Shown here: in pieces, positions 1 through 9,922 of the stretch | Layout of the letters: each line of letters opens with the position of its first letter | Numbering within the stretch: position 1 is the first letter of the stretch | DNA from: a virus | IMG/VR virus record: IMGVR_UViG_3300005533_000009 | Location: 1 to 64,000 of that record | Reading direction: 5' to 3' (one strand) | DNA length: 64,000 bases | The notes under the pieces: model-generated | What the model was told of the DNA's origin: nothing | What the model saw: only the letters and a program-made list of their open reading frames with translations | The model's database searches: none | Translations under genes and position numbers: made by a program

Positions 1-50
1 AAAAAAAAAATACCCCGACTATCCTTTCGGATGGCCGGGGTTTTCTTTGT
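1..50 (-). terminator. Intrinsic terminator, possibly bidirectional
   Basis: Minus strand reads CCCCGGCCATCC-GAAA-GGATAGTCGGGG then TA and T10, just after the stop of ORF 51-371; the plus side also has a T-rich tail. Confidence 0.85.
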
Positions 51-371
51 TTATGTAAGTTCAATGAACTTCAATTCAAATTTGATAGGTTTAACTTCTT
101 CAACTTGAACAAGTTCCATTTCTTCGTCATAAACTACGTTGTCGAATTTCTCAACAAATTTCTTAGCTACAGCAGGAAGATTAGCAATGTAATACTTATC
201 TCCCTTAAATACTTCCGCAGTTTCGCTGTCAACCATAACATCGTCATATCCCTTAGCTCTTAAAGCTAAAGCGATGGGACAATGGGAACCATCTGAAGGT
301 TCTCCCTGCGTAATATACTTCTTTGTAACGTTAACCTTCACTACCTTCTTCTCTACTTTTTTCTTTGCCAT
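51..371 (-). CDS. Hypothetical phage protein, 106 aa
   Basis: ORF with SD (CAGGAG) and a downstream terminator; family not recognised. Confidence 0.75.
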   Translation of the reverse strand: MAKKKVEKKVVKVNVTKKYITQGEPSDGSHCPIALALRAKGYDDVMVDSETAEVFKGDKYYIANLPAVAKKFVEKFDNVVYDEEMELVQVEEVKPIKFELKFIELT

Positions 372-403
372 ACATTCTCCTGAGTCATATTTACTTCTAA
401 AAT

Positions 404-480
404 TGGTGGAACCGGGAGGCCACGATCCTCCACCTTGCAGATTAAAAGTCTGATACGCTGCCGATTACGCCACGATTCCC
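404..480 (-). tRNA. tRNA-Lys(UUU)
   Basis: Cloverleaf GGGAATC...GGTTCC-A-CCA; anticodon loop CT-TTT-AA; atypical T-loop ATCGTGG. Confidence 0.85.
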
Positions 481-864
481 CTTGCGTTCTAATCTATGTT
501 TAGTAACGCATTCTTTACACCATTTCCTAAATCCATCGGGGCGAGTTTTGTCTTTCCAAAAATTACTGTCAGCTTTTAGAACTAATTTACAACGACCACA
601 TAATTTTGTTCCATCTTCTTTTAGTAATAAGGAATTTTTCTGCCCTATTCTGTTTTTAGAAAAAGATATTATTTCTAAATTTCCTATTTCATAATGACCA
701 ATATCTTTGTATCTAGATACGGAAGGCTGCTCATTTGGGTTCTCTATTAGAAACTTTTCATATTTAGAAACTGCCCAATTTAACCATTCCTCCATTGTCA
801 TTTTCAATTTTACATCAGTATATGTAGGATTTTTACCGTTCTTATTTTCACATCTTTCTATCAT
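442..864 (-). CDS. HNH-like homing endonuclease between two tRNA-Lys genes; start uncertain, possibly about 909
   Basis: Y.GM..RC.N motif, SVSRYKDIGHYEIGNL beta-beta-alpha-like motif, C-terminal CxxC..CxxC; the upstream part of ORF 442-1020 runs through a tRNA. Confidence 0.7.
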   Translation of the reverse strand: MIERCENKNGKNPTYTDVKLKMTMEEWLNWAVSKYEKFLIENPNEQPSVSRYKDIGHYEIGNLEIISFSKNRIGQKNSLLLKEDGTKLCGRCKLVLKADSNFWKDKTRPDGFRKWCKECVTKHRLERKGNRGVIGSVSDF

Positions 865-926
865 GCCGCGATAAGCTGCTTTAGCCCTATACAAAGCTGT
901 TCTATGTATGGAAGGGCTTTTAAATT

Positions 927-1002
927 TGGTAGGAGCAGAAGGATTTGAACCTTCACCTTGCAAATTAAGAGTTTGATATGCTGCCATTAACACTATACTC
1001 CT
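927..1002 (-). tRNA. tRNA-Lys(CUU)
   Basis: AGGAGTA...TGCTCCT-A-CCA; loop CT-CTT-AA; GGTTCAAATCC T-arm. Confidence 0.92.
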
Positions 1003-1028
1003 GTTAGACGATAACTCCACATTAAAAT

Positions 1029-1106
1029 TGGTAGCGTTAACGGGACTCGAACCCGCATTTTTCTCCTTGAGAGGGAGATTTCCTATTCCAGTTAGAAGAC
1101 AACGCT
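1029..1106 (-). tRNA. tRNA-Glu(CUC)
   Basis: AGCGTTG...TAACGCT-A-CCA; TCTCC-CTCTCAA-GGAGA; GGTTCGAGTCC. Confidence 0.92.
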
Positions 1107-1107
1107 A

Positions 1108-1183
1108 TGGTAGCCACACTAGGACTCAAACCTAGATTCACCGCTTAGAAGGCGGGTGTCCTGTTCAATTGAACGATGCAGCC
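1108..1183 (-). tRNA. tRNA-Arg(UCU)
   Basis: GGCTGCA...TGTGGCT-A-CCA; loop CT-TCT-AA. Confidence 0.9.
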
Positions 1184-1186
1184 ATA

Positions 1187-1278
1187 TGGTTGAGGTGGCT
1201 GGTGACGATCCAGCTTGCGAACACCAATCTAGTGTCAGTTCCGGCTTATAAGGCCAGCGCCCTTCCGAAGGCACCTCA
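1187..1278 (-). tRNA. Non-canonical tRNA with UAU (Ile) anticodon, long variable arm and shrunken D-arm
   Basis: TGAGGTG/CACCTCA-A-CCA acceptor; CTGGC-CTTATAA-GCCGG; V-arm GACACTA-GAT-TGGTGTT; T-arm GCTGG-ATCGTCA-CCAGC. Confidence 0.75.
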
Positions 1279-1911
1279 ATTTGAAATTATATATCCGTCC
1301 TCGATAAACTTTTTCTTGTCTACTGGATTTGTTTCAAAAAAATTATTTCCAGTGTTTATAAAATACAATTCTGACCATTTTAACTCTTCATTTAATGCCT
1401 CTCTGTTGTATTGTATTCTCTTTAATACAGGAGACAATAAACACATTTCGTCGAATGAAAACATGTCAGATTTTAAACGATTACAGATTGCACAACAAAC
1501 CACACAGTTTTCTACTGAATACCCCAGACTATTATCTTTTCTGTCTAAATGATAAGCTCTGCTAGAACTTTTGGTAGTATACTTTAACCATGAAATTTTT
1601 TTACCACAATAAAAACATTCCTTTTGATGGGTAAACTGTAAAAAATCTTCATATGAAATAGAGCTATGTTTTTTTGACTTTTTTACCGTGCGTACAAACT
1701 GGTTGTACAGAGCTTCGTATGGCCTAATTTTTACAGTGTCTTCAAAACACTTTCTACACCCTTTGGATAATCCGTGGTTTAAAGAAACCTCACTCACTTC
1801 CTTTTCTAAACCACACTCACATCGGCAGAGCCATAAATTTGTCCCATATTTTTTATTCTTTGGAAACTCTATAACTAACCATTTACCAAACTTTTTACCA
1901 ATCACAAACAA
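1276..1911 (-). CDS. HNH homing endonuclease
   Basis: N-terminal GKKFGKW..WLCRCECG module; CFYCG...HLDRKDNSLGYSVENCVVCCAICN. Confidence 0.85.
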   Translation of the reverse strand: MFVIGKKFGKWLVIEFPKNKKYGTNLWLCRCECGLEKEVSEVSLNHGLSKGCRKCFEDTVKIRPYEALYNQFVRTVKKSKKHSSISYEDFLQFTHQKECFYCGKKISWLKYTTKSSSRAYHLDRKDNSLGYSVENCVVCCAICNRLKSDMFSFDEMCLLSPVLKRIQYNREALNEELKWSELYFINTGNNFFETNPVDKKKFIEDGYIISN

Positions 1912-2004
1912 TATCCTTCTCTATAAAAACGGTCTAAAATGTGCCCGATGGCGTTATTCAAAATAAGCCACGGCTCTCCTTGAACTTTTGTAGCCAGCTT
2001 ATAT

Positions 2005-2032
2005 AGTATATCAGCCGACTCTAACAAGTCAA
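2005..2032 (-). promoter_or_regulatory. Sigma70-type promoter for the HNH/tRNA unit
   Basis: TTGACT-16 bp-TATACT with a TG extended -10. Confidence 0.6.
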
Positions 2033-2448
2033 GCTTTTCTTTCTTTGCTCTTTTCTTCATAGTCATTCAATTCTATATTCACCAATTGATCAGCTAATTC
2101 ATTGCCGGGGATACCACTATGCCCCTTTATATGTGTTAAAGTGTGTTTACCTCTAATCAGTAAAGCCTGCGCTTCAGCGTGAAGAGGTTTCATGTTCTCG
2201 TGCTTTACTTTCCACTTGCCCATTACCTGATTGACTACTAAAGCACTGTCACAAAAAATTTCAGCGGGTACTTTCAGTTCACGTAACAAACCAATCAGTG
2301 CGCTGTATTCAGCCACGTTGTTCGTTTGTTCCCCAATGTACCATGAGCTATAGAGAGTTTTCTTCCCGTTCTCGTATATCACATAAGCACAGGCGGCAGG
2401 ACCGGGATTTCCTCTCGACCCTGCATCACAATAAGCAGTTATTGGCAC
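2029..2448 (-). CDS. rnhA: Ribonuclease HI
   Basis: YCDAGSRGNPGP, TNNVAEY, CDSALVV, HIKGHSG..GNELADQL motifs. Confidence 0.95.
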   Translation of the reverse strand: MPITAYCDAGSRGNPGPAACAYVIYENGKKTLYSSWYIGEQTNNVAEYSALIGLLRELKVPAEIFCDSALVVNQVMGKWKVKHENMKPLHAEAQALLIRGKHTLTHIKGHSGIPGNELADQLVNIELNDYEEKSKERKA

Positions 2449-2894
2449 TGTGCTAATCTCCTGTTAAGTATTTGATCTTTTTTGGTTGCCCATCTAACAT
2501 TTCCGGGTTCGTAGTGACCATTGTTGTCTATCCTATCCAAAGTTTTATTTTTTGGTCTTGGTCCTAGCTCTTTATAAAAATCTTCAAAAGATTTGAATAA
2601 AAATTTTATGCCTCTACCACCATAATTTTTATAACTAATGTGCTTTGGATTACTGCATCTTTGTTTCGCTCCAGAATATGACCACCATTCCGGCGTTCTA
2701 GACATTCCATGAGTAACTACATATGCATCTAAAACTTTTCTTACCGACTTACTTTTAAAACACCCACAACTTTTTGTGATACCAGATTTTACATTATCTT
2801 TTCTGGCTTTAAATATGCGACCACAATCACACCTACATTCTACTTTAGTTTTTCTTTTAGTAGATTTAATTTCTTTTAATATTGTTATCGCCAT
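2439..2894 (-). CDS. HNH homing endonuclease
   Basis: CRCDCG, SCGC, YGGRGI, TLDRIDNNGHYEPGNVRWAT. Confidence 0.9.
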   Translation of the reverse strand: MAITILKEIKSTKRKTKVECRCDCGRIFKARKDNVKSGITKSCGCFKSKSVRKVLDAYVVTHGMSRTPEWWSYSGAKQRCSNPKHISYKNYGGRGIKFLFKSFEDFYKELGPRPKNKTLDRIDNNGHYEPGNVRWATKKDQILNRRLAQCQ

Positions 2895-2900
2895 GTGTTA

Positions 2901-3323
2901 CTAGAATTTCTTCCCACCGGGAAGCAAGCGGTTTTCAATTTTATGATCTTCACGCTTAGCGTTATACGCCATCTTTTCTACGTAAGCTCCACCAAGGTCG
3001 TAACCCATAGCTGCGGCATAGTCGAAGATACGAATCACAGCATCAGCCAGTTCCACTTCTGCCATCTTACGATGGGGAAGCTTATCGTCCATTAATTCTT
3101 TGCGCTCACCTTCCATAGCTTCAGCAATCTCTGAAACCATGAGCATGAGTTTTGTTCCCTTAAGTTCAAAATTGGATTTATCTAGTGGTTCTCCAGTGTT
3201 GATATTCTTCCACCATTTTTCATTTGCCTTATGAACTTCTCTAGCCATCTCATTAATTTGATCACGTCGATTGGTGTAAAACTCAACCATATCGTTGTAT
3301 TCTTTTTCTGTTAACTGAATCAC
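2901..3323 (-). CDS. MazG-like/all-alpha NTP pyrophosphohydrolase
   Basis: SEIAEAMEG...EVELADAVIRIFD (ExxE...ExxD) and KMAYNAKR. Confidence 0.8.
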   Translation of the reverse strand: MIQLTEKEYNDMVEFYTNRRDQINEMAREVHKANEKWWKNINTGEPLDKSNFELKGTKLMLMVSEIAEAMEGERKELMDDKLPHRKMAEVELADAVIRIFDYAAAMGYDLGGAYVEKMAYNAKREDHKIENRLLPGGKKF

Positions 3324-4288
3324 TGAGTCCTATACTCCTTTAAGCTTTCATTTAGAATTCGTCTAACTTTTATGAACGTTGCACACTTGGGGAAGTCTTT
3401 AAGCTTCGTTGCACCGATATAGGCACCACAGCTTCTAAGGCCACCTTCAATTGTTTGTAAGGTTCCGTTAAGTCCTCCTCTTTTGGGAAGAACCAACTCA
3501 AAACCCTCAGAAGCCCGATAATCTTTGAGCCCACCAGAATTTGAAATATTTGCTCTCTCTGAGGATTCTCCGTAAAATTCGGAACCGTTTTCATCGTGTC
3601 CAGCAAGCATTCCTCCAAGCATTACAAAATCAGCACCAGCGCAAAATGCCTTAGCTACATCCCCCGGAGTAGTACAACCACCGTCAGACATAATATGCCC
3701 ACCCAAACCATGAGCAGCATCGGCACATTCAACAACTGCGGAGAACTGCGGGAAACCAACACCAGCCACACTACGAGTAGCACAAGCAGAACCGCTACCA
3801 ATACCAACTTTAACAATGTCTGCTCCTGATAGAATCAACTCTTGAGTCATCTCAGGGGTTACAACATTACCAGCGATAATTATAGAAAACTTTGCTTCTT
3901 CTCTAGTGCGCTTTACAAGATCAGCAAACCTTTCCATATAACCATTCGCCACATCTAAACAAATAATTCTTGGGAACAAAGATTCTCTAAAAGTGCTTAA
4001 GCCTTCCATGCCAAACGTGTTGATATAGTTTCTATTGACTGAAACTAAACTGAGATTTTTAGGCATACAAGCCAGCATACCTCTTTGATGCATAGTAGAG
4101 GCAGTTTCCCAGTTTGTAACACTGGACATGTTCGATGAAACTATGGGAATTCCACTCCAAGTTCCATAAGCATGTTTGAAATGGAATTCCCTTGTGATAT
4201 CTACTTCTTTTCTACTCGTTAGACTAGAACGATGTGGCACAAGCAACACATCCGAAAAATCTAACTTCTCTGAGTCAATTATTCTCAT
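3320..4288 (-). CDS. guaC: GMP reductase
   Basis: [50 protein letters not shown]; no CBS domains. Confidence 0.9.
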   Translation of the reverse strand: MRIIDSEKLDFSDVLLVPHRSSLTSRKEVDITREFHFKHAYGTWSGIPIVSSNMSSVTNWETASTMHQRGMLACMPKNLSLVSVNRNYINTFGMEGLSTFRESLFPRIICLDVANGYMERFADLVKRTREEAKFSIIIAGNVVTPEMTQELILSGADIVKVGIGSGSACATRSVAGVGFPQFSAVVECADAAHGLGGHIMSDGGCTTPGDVAKAFCAGADFVMLGGMLAGHDENGSEFYGESSERANISNSGGLKDYRASEGFELVLPKRGGLNGTLQTIEGGLRSCGAYIGATKLKDFPKCATFIKVRRILNESLKEYRTQ

Positions 4289-4865
4289 TTTTACTAATCA
4301 GTTGGCACCAAGTTATAAATTCTTCTTGATCCAAGTCTCTTTTTATATAGTTTACTGTTTTATGAACCCACTGAATATTGTTTAATATGTACCCCTTCGT
4401 AGAATCAATTCTATCTAAAGAAGCTGTAATTTTTGAATAATCAGGGTTGCACTTTTTCAAGTCACTAGAAAGCTGTATATCTACTCCAGACAAAGCACAT
4501 TTTCCATTTTGTTTAACAAATAGTTCCCACGCTTGTTCTATAGTGATATCAAATTCTATGTTTCTTTTCTGTGCTCCTTGACGTATGGCATACCAATAAG
4601 TTTTGGTAATATCTCCTACACCAAAATGAGCACGCTTAGCAAATACGGGATTTGGGTGATTTTTTAATGTCTCTTTAGCAGAACATGATTTACAAGAAGT
4701 ACTTCTACCAGTATCAACCCAGTCCGCTCTGCGAAAACCTATATACCCACACGAACATTGCACTTCATATTTTCTTCTCTTATCCTTGTACACTTCTTTA
4801 ATTATTTTCCATTTATTAGCTACCACAAGGCCCACCTTTACCTGAGATGTCACAGATATCCCCAC
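4275..4865 (-). CDS. HNH homing endonuclease overlapping the 3' end of the RNR gene
   Basis: QNGKCALSG, ASLDRIDSTKGYILNNIQWVHKTVN. Confidence 0.85.
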   Translation of the reverse strand: MGISVTSQVKVGLVVANKWKIIKEVYKDKRRKYEVQCSCGYIGFRRADWVDTGRSTSCKSCSAKETLKNHPNPVFAKRAHFGVGDITKTYWYAIRQGAQKRNIEFDITIEQAWELFVKQNGKCALSGVDIQLSSDLKKCNPDYSKITASLDRIDSTKGYILNNIQWVHKTVNYIKRDLDQEEFITWCQLISKNENN

Positions 4866-6471
4866 TCTCTATAAAAACTTCTCCAACATGTTTTGAGGCG
4901 GTTTTATAAGAAACAGTGTTTAATGGTTGTCCTGCTCTAGCTCCATCTGGATATGTTGTGATCCCTCTTAGTTTTGGCAAATATTTTATCAATATTTTTC
5001 CAAAATCTTGTACCGTATTTTTGTTGTTTAACTCACTGCCCCATGACGGTAAATTTAAAGTGGATGATATAGCATGGTCAACGTATTGTTGTACGTGTGC
5101 TTGAAAAGAGAGTCTACGCTCTGGATCAGCAGCCAGTGAGTATGCATCTTCTAATTGATCTGGGTTTAATCCATTGTCAACAAGATTTTTAGCTACAGGA
5201 TCAAGAACATACTGATAATGCCAAGTGTCCCCTTTAAGATATCTACGTTTATATGCAGAACAAAAAATAGGTTCAATACCAGAAGAAGTCTCTGCTACTA
5301 TCGAAATACTTCCTGTAGGTGCAATAGCTCTTGTTGCAACTGGTCTTGATAGTTCCCACTCGTCAGCATAAGCATTGGCATATTTTCCAGTAGTTTTATA
5401 AATTCCTAAATACTTGTCTAGTTCTTCATCTACTCCGTATCGTTTTCCACGAGACATCAAGAACTCGTGTATGCCCATTAATCCAAGCCCGAGACGACGA
5501 TTCTTAGTTCTAACTTGATCTACTTTCGGATAAGGCACATCGCTATAAACAGTGCCAGCCAAAAGGAAGGCAGTAGAACACTCAACCAACGCTCCCATCT
5601 CTTCAACAGAGCCCACACGCGCAAGGTTGATACTACCCAAATTACAGATATCGCTATCGTCAGCGGAAGTAATCTCAGTACAAGCATTTCTTAAAGTTTC
5701 CTTTGAATTCTTCCCAAGGTCTATGCTAAATCCGGGTTCACCTGTTTTAAGCATTCTTTCCACAGTAGCCCAGTACACATTTTGTGCCAAACTATTCTTG
5801 GGATGCTTGTCATTATGATATGCCGCAAAGAATTCATCATCTAAAAGAACACTTATGTTGGTCATATCCAGAGTAGCAGGGAAGCTAAAATCTTTTAACT
5901 TTAAATCTCTAACTTCTGGTATCCAGTTTTTTACTGTAATAAATTTAAAAATATCGGGATGCGACCAATTTAATCCTGCCCATATTGCTGAGCGTCCTTG
6001 TCCACCACGCATTACACCTCTACCGGATTCATTTACCATCTGCATTAGATATACAGGTCCAGTAGCATAATTTCCTGTACGTCTAACTAGTTTTCCTTCA
6101 CCACGTACCAAAGAGTAGTCTACTCCAATACCTGCTCCTGTCATAAGAGCATTAGTGGCTTTGGACATTAAATCCGCCCAGCCCTCTCTACTATCTTCGG
6201 CTCTTAATAACAAACAGTTTTGAGTTTGGTGATACGGCTTACCAACATTATGCAGGTACCTACCACCGGGAATAAACTTTCTCTCAATAATAAATTGCTC
6301 TACTTGATCAATAAGGGACTTTTTAGCATGGACCGATTTTAGAACTGCTCGTTGTCGTTTTGCTATCTCTTCCCAAGTTTCTTTTCTACCATCGCCAAGA
6401 TCATGACTATACTTCTGCTCCATCACTGTCTTTGAGAACGGCGACATTTTAGTAAAGTCTTTATAATTCAT
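4816..6471 (-). CDS. nrdJ: Class II (adenosylcobalamin-dependent) ribonucleotide reductase
   Basis: FIPGGR, QNC, TGEPG, NACTEI finger loop, CNLGSINL, IAPTGSIS, C-terminal Cys pair; no nrdB in window. Confidence 0.85.
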   Translation of the reverse strand: MNYKDFTKMSPFSKTVMEQKYSHDLGDGRKETWEEIAKRQRAVLKSVHAKKSLIDQVEQFIIERKFIPGGRYLHNVGKPYHQTQNCLLLRAEDSREGWADLMSKATNALMTGAGIGVDYSLVRGEGKLVRRTGNYATGPVYLMQMVNESGRGVMRGGQGRSAIWAGLNWSHPDIFKFITVKNWIPEVRDLKLKDFSFPATLDMTNISVLLDDEFFAAYHNDKHPKNSLAQNVYWATVERMLKTGEPGFSIDLGKNSKETLRNACTEITSADDSDICNLGSINLARVGSVEEMGALVECSTAFLLAGTVYSDVPYPKVDQVRTKNRRLGLGLMGIHEFLMSRGKRYGVDEELDKYLGIYKTTGKYANAYADEWELSRPVATRAIAPTGSISIVAETSSGIEPIFCSAYKRRYLKGDTWHYQYVLDPVAKNLVDNGLNPDQLEDAYSLAADPERRLSFQAHVQQYVDHAISSTLNLPSWGSELNNKNTVQDFGKILIKYLPKLRGITTYPDGARAGQPLNTVSYKTASKHVGEVFIESGDICDISGKGGPCGS

Positions 6472-6982
6472 TTACTGTAGCCTTTCGTAAGTAATTTATT
6501 GCTTTAAGTAAGAGCAGTTCTTTATCTTTGAACTGTCCCAAACCAAGGTTACAGTTGTGACATAATATACCTCTAAATTTTTTTGTTACATGGTCATGAT
6601 CAAAATGCCAGCCTTTTCCGGTGGTTTTATCAGAATCACAAATTCTGCATTTTTTTATTGCATATTGTTTTACAATCTTTGGTATATCATTTACATCAAT
6701 GCCTAGACGAGATACTGTAATTTTAATTCTACAAGTACTACAGAGTTTATTTCCATCTTCCGGCTTGTTGTCACACTCTAAACAAATTCCTTGTTCTGCT
6801 CTTTTTCTATCTCTTTCAACAGAATATTCTGGGTTTTCTTTTCTCCAATTTTTTAAATACTCTGAATTTTTATGTGGAAATTTTTTCCTTTGTTTTTGGC
6901 TGTTTTTTCTATTCCACTCATTTTTGCATTCTTTGCATGATCTAGTAGGAAATTTTCCATGCTTACAAATTTTTGCTCTCAT
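6461..6982 (-). CDS. Endonuclease VII-like HNH endonuclease
   Basis: CRIC...DHDH..KKFRGILCHNCNLGLGQFKD. Confidence 0.85.
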   Translation of the reverse strand: MRAKICKHGKFPTRSCKECKNEWNRKNSQKQRKKFPHKNSEYLKNWRKENPEYSVERDRKRAEQGICLECDNKPEDGNKLCSTCRIKITVSRLGIDVNDIPKIVKQYAIKKCRICDSDKTTGKGWHFDHDHVTKKFRGILCHNCNLGLGQFKDKELLLLKAINYLRKATVNEL

Positions 6983-7133
6983 CTACCCTACTATCTCCAT
7001 CATCTCGGACATTTAATTCTCTTTCAATATAAAATCTGTGTTTGGCTGGGCACTCATATAAAACCAAAGAGTCCCGCTCACTCTTGATGTAAGACTGAGC
7101 GGGACAAAAAGGACATTGCAAATAGGTCGGCAT
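6963..7133 (-). CDS. Small zinc-ribbon protein
   Basis: SD AAGGA before ATG 7133; CPFC...CPAKH. Confidence 0.6.
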   Translation of the reverse strand: MPTYLQCPFCPAQSYIKSERDSLVLYECPAKHRFYIERELNVRDDGDSRVDESKNL

Positions 7134-7134
7134 G

Positions 7135-9615
7135 TTATTCCTTAACCCAACGATTCGATACATGACCATCGAATTCCATTACCACTTTATGCATTACTTC
7201 GGCAGCAGCGCGTTTAAACGCTTCTCCTACCATTTGCTTAACCGCTTCTCCATTTCGCTTTGGGCACTGGATGATCAATTCATCATGCACCATGCTCAAT
7301 AGCTTTGCTTGTAGAGAAGGAAGAGTATGCCACAAATAAGGACGACCTTCTTTATCAATCCCTGCACCCATAGCACGCTTAATGATACTAGCGTTCGTGC
7401 CTTGAATACGATGGTTCTTTCCACGTCTTGCGATAGAACCCATCAAGGCTTTTATTCCCCAGAAAATCTCTTGCTGATTTGGGGCTCTGTGAGTGAGGTT
7501 GAATTCTTCTTCTTTTGTCGGCTTTCTTAAATTAACAGCTTTGAATTCTTCAATGTTTAATTCTTGTTCTTCTTCAGGCAAAGCTAGCTTTTCTGGATGC
7601 TCTTCCATGATCCAGCGAGAAGCCACTTCGGGAGTAGGAGTAGGAAATGCTCTTCTACGTCCGTACATATCTCTTGCTTCTTTATCAGCTTTTGCTTGTT
7701 CTCCTGAACGCTCCAAGAAATTCCACACATCAGGAAATGCTGCTCTGTGCTGTGACATTAATTCTTTAGCTGCATTGACAGTGATATTCAATTCGTCGGC
7801 CAAAGCATCAGGCCCACCACCGTAACACAACAAGAAGTTAATAGCCTTCGTGTTCTCTCTCAGCTTCTTATGTTCTTTACAAGAACACTTCAACCTCATA
7901 GGTTGACCGTCAGCACCTAACTTGAAATATTTACAACCTTCCTCAGTTCCCGCTTTCCACTTTTCTCTTTCAAGAATTTCAGTAGAAACTGAGTGAACGT
8001 CCCAGCCTTTATTAAAGGCCATGATCCAAGTTTTAGCGTCGGCTAGGTCAGCGATAATACGAAGTTCAGCACCAGACATGTCCACCGTGACAATACAAAA
8101 CTCTTCCCCTGTAATAGGGTCTGGTGGATCACATATAAAACAATCTCTTACTTCTTTTTCTCTTGGAAGATTCTGCCCATTTGGTTTGGATGAAGAACTT
8201 CGTCCAGTTTCTGCCTCTAGTTGGTTAAATACACAGTGCAGTCTTCCATCGCCGGGATGTCTCCAGCCTTCTTCTTTGCAAGGCTTGGTAACCCAGCGGT
8301 TGATCCATGACATTCCGTAGGTAGAAGTGCTTTTCTTGCCCTTCTTGTATTTACGTAATGTCTGAATAACTTCTTTATCGTTGTAGTGCAGCAATTCTTC
8401 ATCAGAAGTGCTCTTCAACGCTTTCATGCCGGGAAGTTTTTGAAGTGCTTCTAAAAGCTGTGTAGAGGAATCATAATTGATGTATGCCTCGCCTTCACAC
8501 TTCTCGACATTTCTGGCCCACTTTGTTTTTAGTTTGTTCTTCTCACTAAAATTGGAACGGGCTTCTGCTTTCTTGATGCGTCTAAACAACTCAAGATTTT
8601 TTAGTACTTTCTTTAGTTCTGATTTTTTCTCTTTGTCTTTTTCAGCGCGTACTAAAGCGGCCTGAGCTTTTTCTTCTGGAGTTGCTTCTTCAAACTGAGT
8701 CTTCCAGATCATCTCCAAACGGTGAAGTTCTTCTTCATCCACTTGGGAATTTTTATGACCCACAATTGGTAAGAACGCTTGATCCAAAAGCTTTATTTCT
8801 TCAATTCTTTTCTCTTCTAACGCTTTAATTCTCTCAACCCATTTTGTATCGTCAAGGTTTTGTCCATTGAGATGCATGTCTACGTAACTACCGATTGCAT
8901 CATTTTCAATTTGGGTTGTTACTAACAACTGTTCTTTTACCAGACGCTTCATCTGTGCGTCTCGCATAGGAATTGGCAGCCTGCTATCTAGAGCCGCATA
9001 TGCAATCTGTTTGTCTGTCAAACGGTTGACAAGATCAAAACCACGCTGCTCGTCTTTATCAACAATCAAACCAAAGTAGCGTTTTACAATCGCTACCATG
9101 GAGAACTCACTGTATTGTTTTAAAGAGATTGTTCCGGCTTGAATAACACGCTCGGCAAGATCGGTACTGTACAAGTGCCAAATACGCAGGCCGAAGTTCC
9201 AACGCATCACTTCATATTCGAAGGAAAGGTTCTGCCCTACTTTTAAGAATTCATTATTGCAGAGGATGGGCTCAATAATTTCTAGAAGCTCTTTGTAATG
9301 CTCCCCGTTGTTTACTCCGTAGTTCCCCTGCGTGTCTATCAACAAATCTGTGTCCCAATCAAGTAGACCCAGAATATCAACTACGAACTGTTCGAACTTG
9401 TCACCAAACTGCATGGTGCGAACGCGACGGTTCCAAAAGTCCACAGTCCAATTTGTTTCCGTATCAAATCCGACAAATAGACTTTTATTTTTTCGCTTGC
9501 GTTCAAAGAAGTCTTTCAAAAGGTACAGATCACTCTTCTTGTCGATGAAGGTGATCTTCATTGGTGGTTGAAGCTCTTCCATCACCAATGGTTTAAAGCT
9601 AGAGTTATCTGACAT
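7135..9615 (-). CDS. polA: Family A DNA polymerase with 3'-5' exonuclease domain
   Basis: ExoI FDTET, ExoIII YAALD, TGRSSSSKPNGQNLP, motif A DMSGAELR, motif B RENTKAINF..YG, motif C VHDEL. Confidence 0.95.
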   Translation of the reverse strand: MSDNSSFKPLVMEELQPPMKITFIDKKSDLYLLKDFFERKRKNKSLFVGFDTETNWTVDFWNRRVRTMQFGDKFEQFVVDILGLLDWDTDLLIDTQGNYGVNNGEHYKELLEIIEPILCNNEFLKVGQNLSFEYEVMRWNFGLRIWHLYSTDLAERVIQAGTISLKQYSEFSMVAIVKRYFGLIVDKDEQRGFDLVNRLTDKQIAYAALDSRLPIPMRDAQMKRLVKEQLLVTTQIENDAIGSYVDMHLNGQNLDDTKWVERIKALEEKRIEEIKLLDQAFLPIVGHKNSQVDEEELHRLEMIWKTQFEEATPEEKAQAALVRAEKDKEKKSELKKVLKNLELFRRIKKAEARSNFSEKNKLKTKWARNVEKCEGEAYINYDSSTQLLEALQKLPGMKALKSTSDEELLHYNDKEVIQTLRKYKKGKKSTSTYGMSWINRWVTKPCKEEGWRHPGDGRLHCVFNQLEAETGRSSSSKPNGQNLPREKEVRDCFICDPPDPITGEEFCIVTVDMSGAELRIIADLADAKTWIMAFNKGWDVHSVSTEILEREKWKAGTEEGCKYFKLGADGQPMRLKCSCKEHKKLRENTKAINFLLCYGGGPDALADELNITVNAAKELMSQHRAAFPDVWNFLERSGEQAKADKEARDMYGRRRAFPTPTPEVASRWIMEEHPEKLALPEEEQELNIEEFKAVNLRKPTKEEEFNLTHRAPNQQEIFWGIKALMGSIARRGKNHRIQGTNASIIKRAMGAGIDKEGRPYLWHTLPSLQAKLLSMVHDELIIQCPKRNGEAVKQMVGEAFKRAAAEVMHKVVMEFDGHVSNRWVKE

Positions 9616-9644
9616 CTTTCCTTTCTGAGTCTAAAGGGCTACAA

Positions 9645-9908
9645 TCAGTATACACCAGTTGCAAACCTGTGATTGAAGAACTCCGTATTCCTGCCCTCTG
9701 ACTGTATGCCCTCATTGCGAGAGGAGTATTCTAGAGCAGCATTTAATTTGGAGAGAGCTTCTTTATACTGACTCATGTTCTCTATATACTCTTTAGAATC
9801 AACATGATACTTACTCTTTGTCTCTATTATCTTTGACTCTATCTCTATTATTCTATTCCTAAGTCTCTGTCTTTTCTTAGATATAGAGGGACTAGTCTTC
9901 TTCATCAA
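9645..9908 (-). CDS. Hypothetical basic protein
   Basis: ORF with SD AAGGTAGG downstream of the leftward promoter. Confidence 0.5.
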   Translation of the reverse strand: MMKKTSPSISKKRQRLRNRIIEIESKIIETKSKYHVDSKEYIENMSQYKEALSKLNAALEYSSRNEGIQSEGRNTEFFNHRFATGVY

Positions 9909-9922
9909 TACCTACCTTATAC

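Noticed and set aside
910-1020. N-terminal part of ORF 442-1020
   Set aside because: Coincides with tRNA-Lys(CUU); chance open frame
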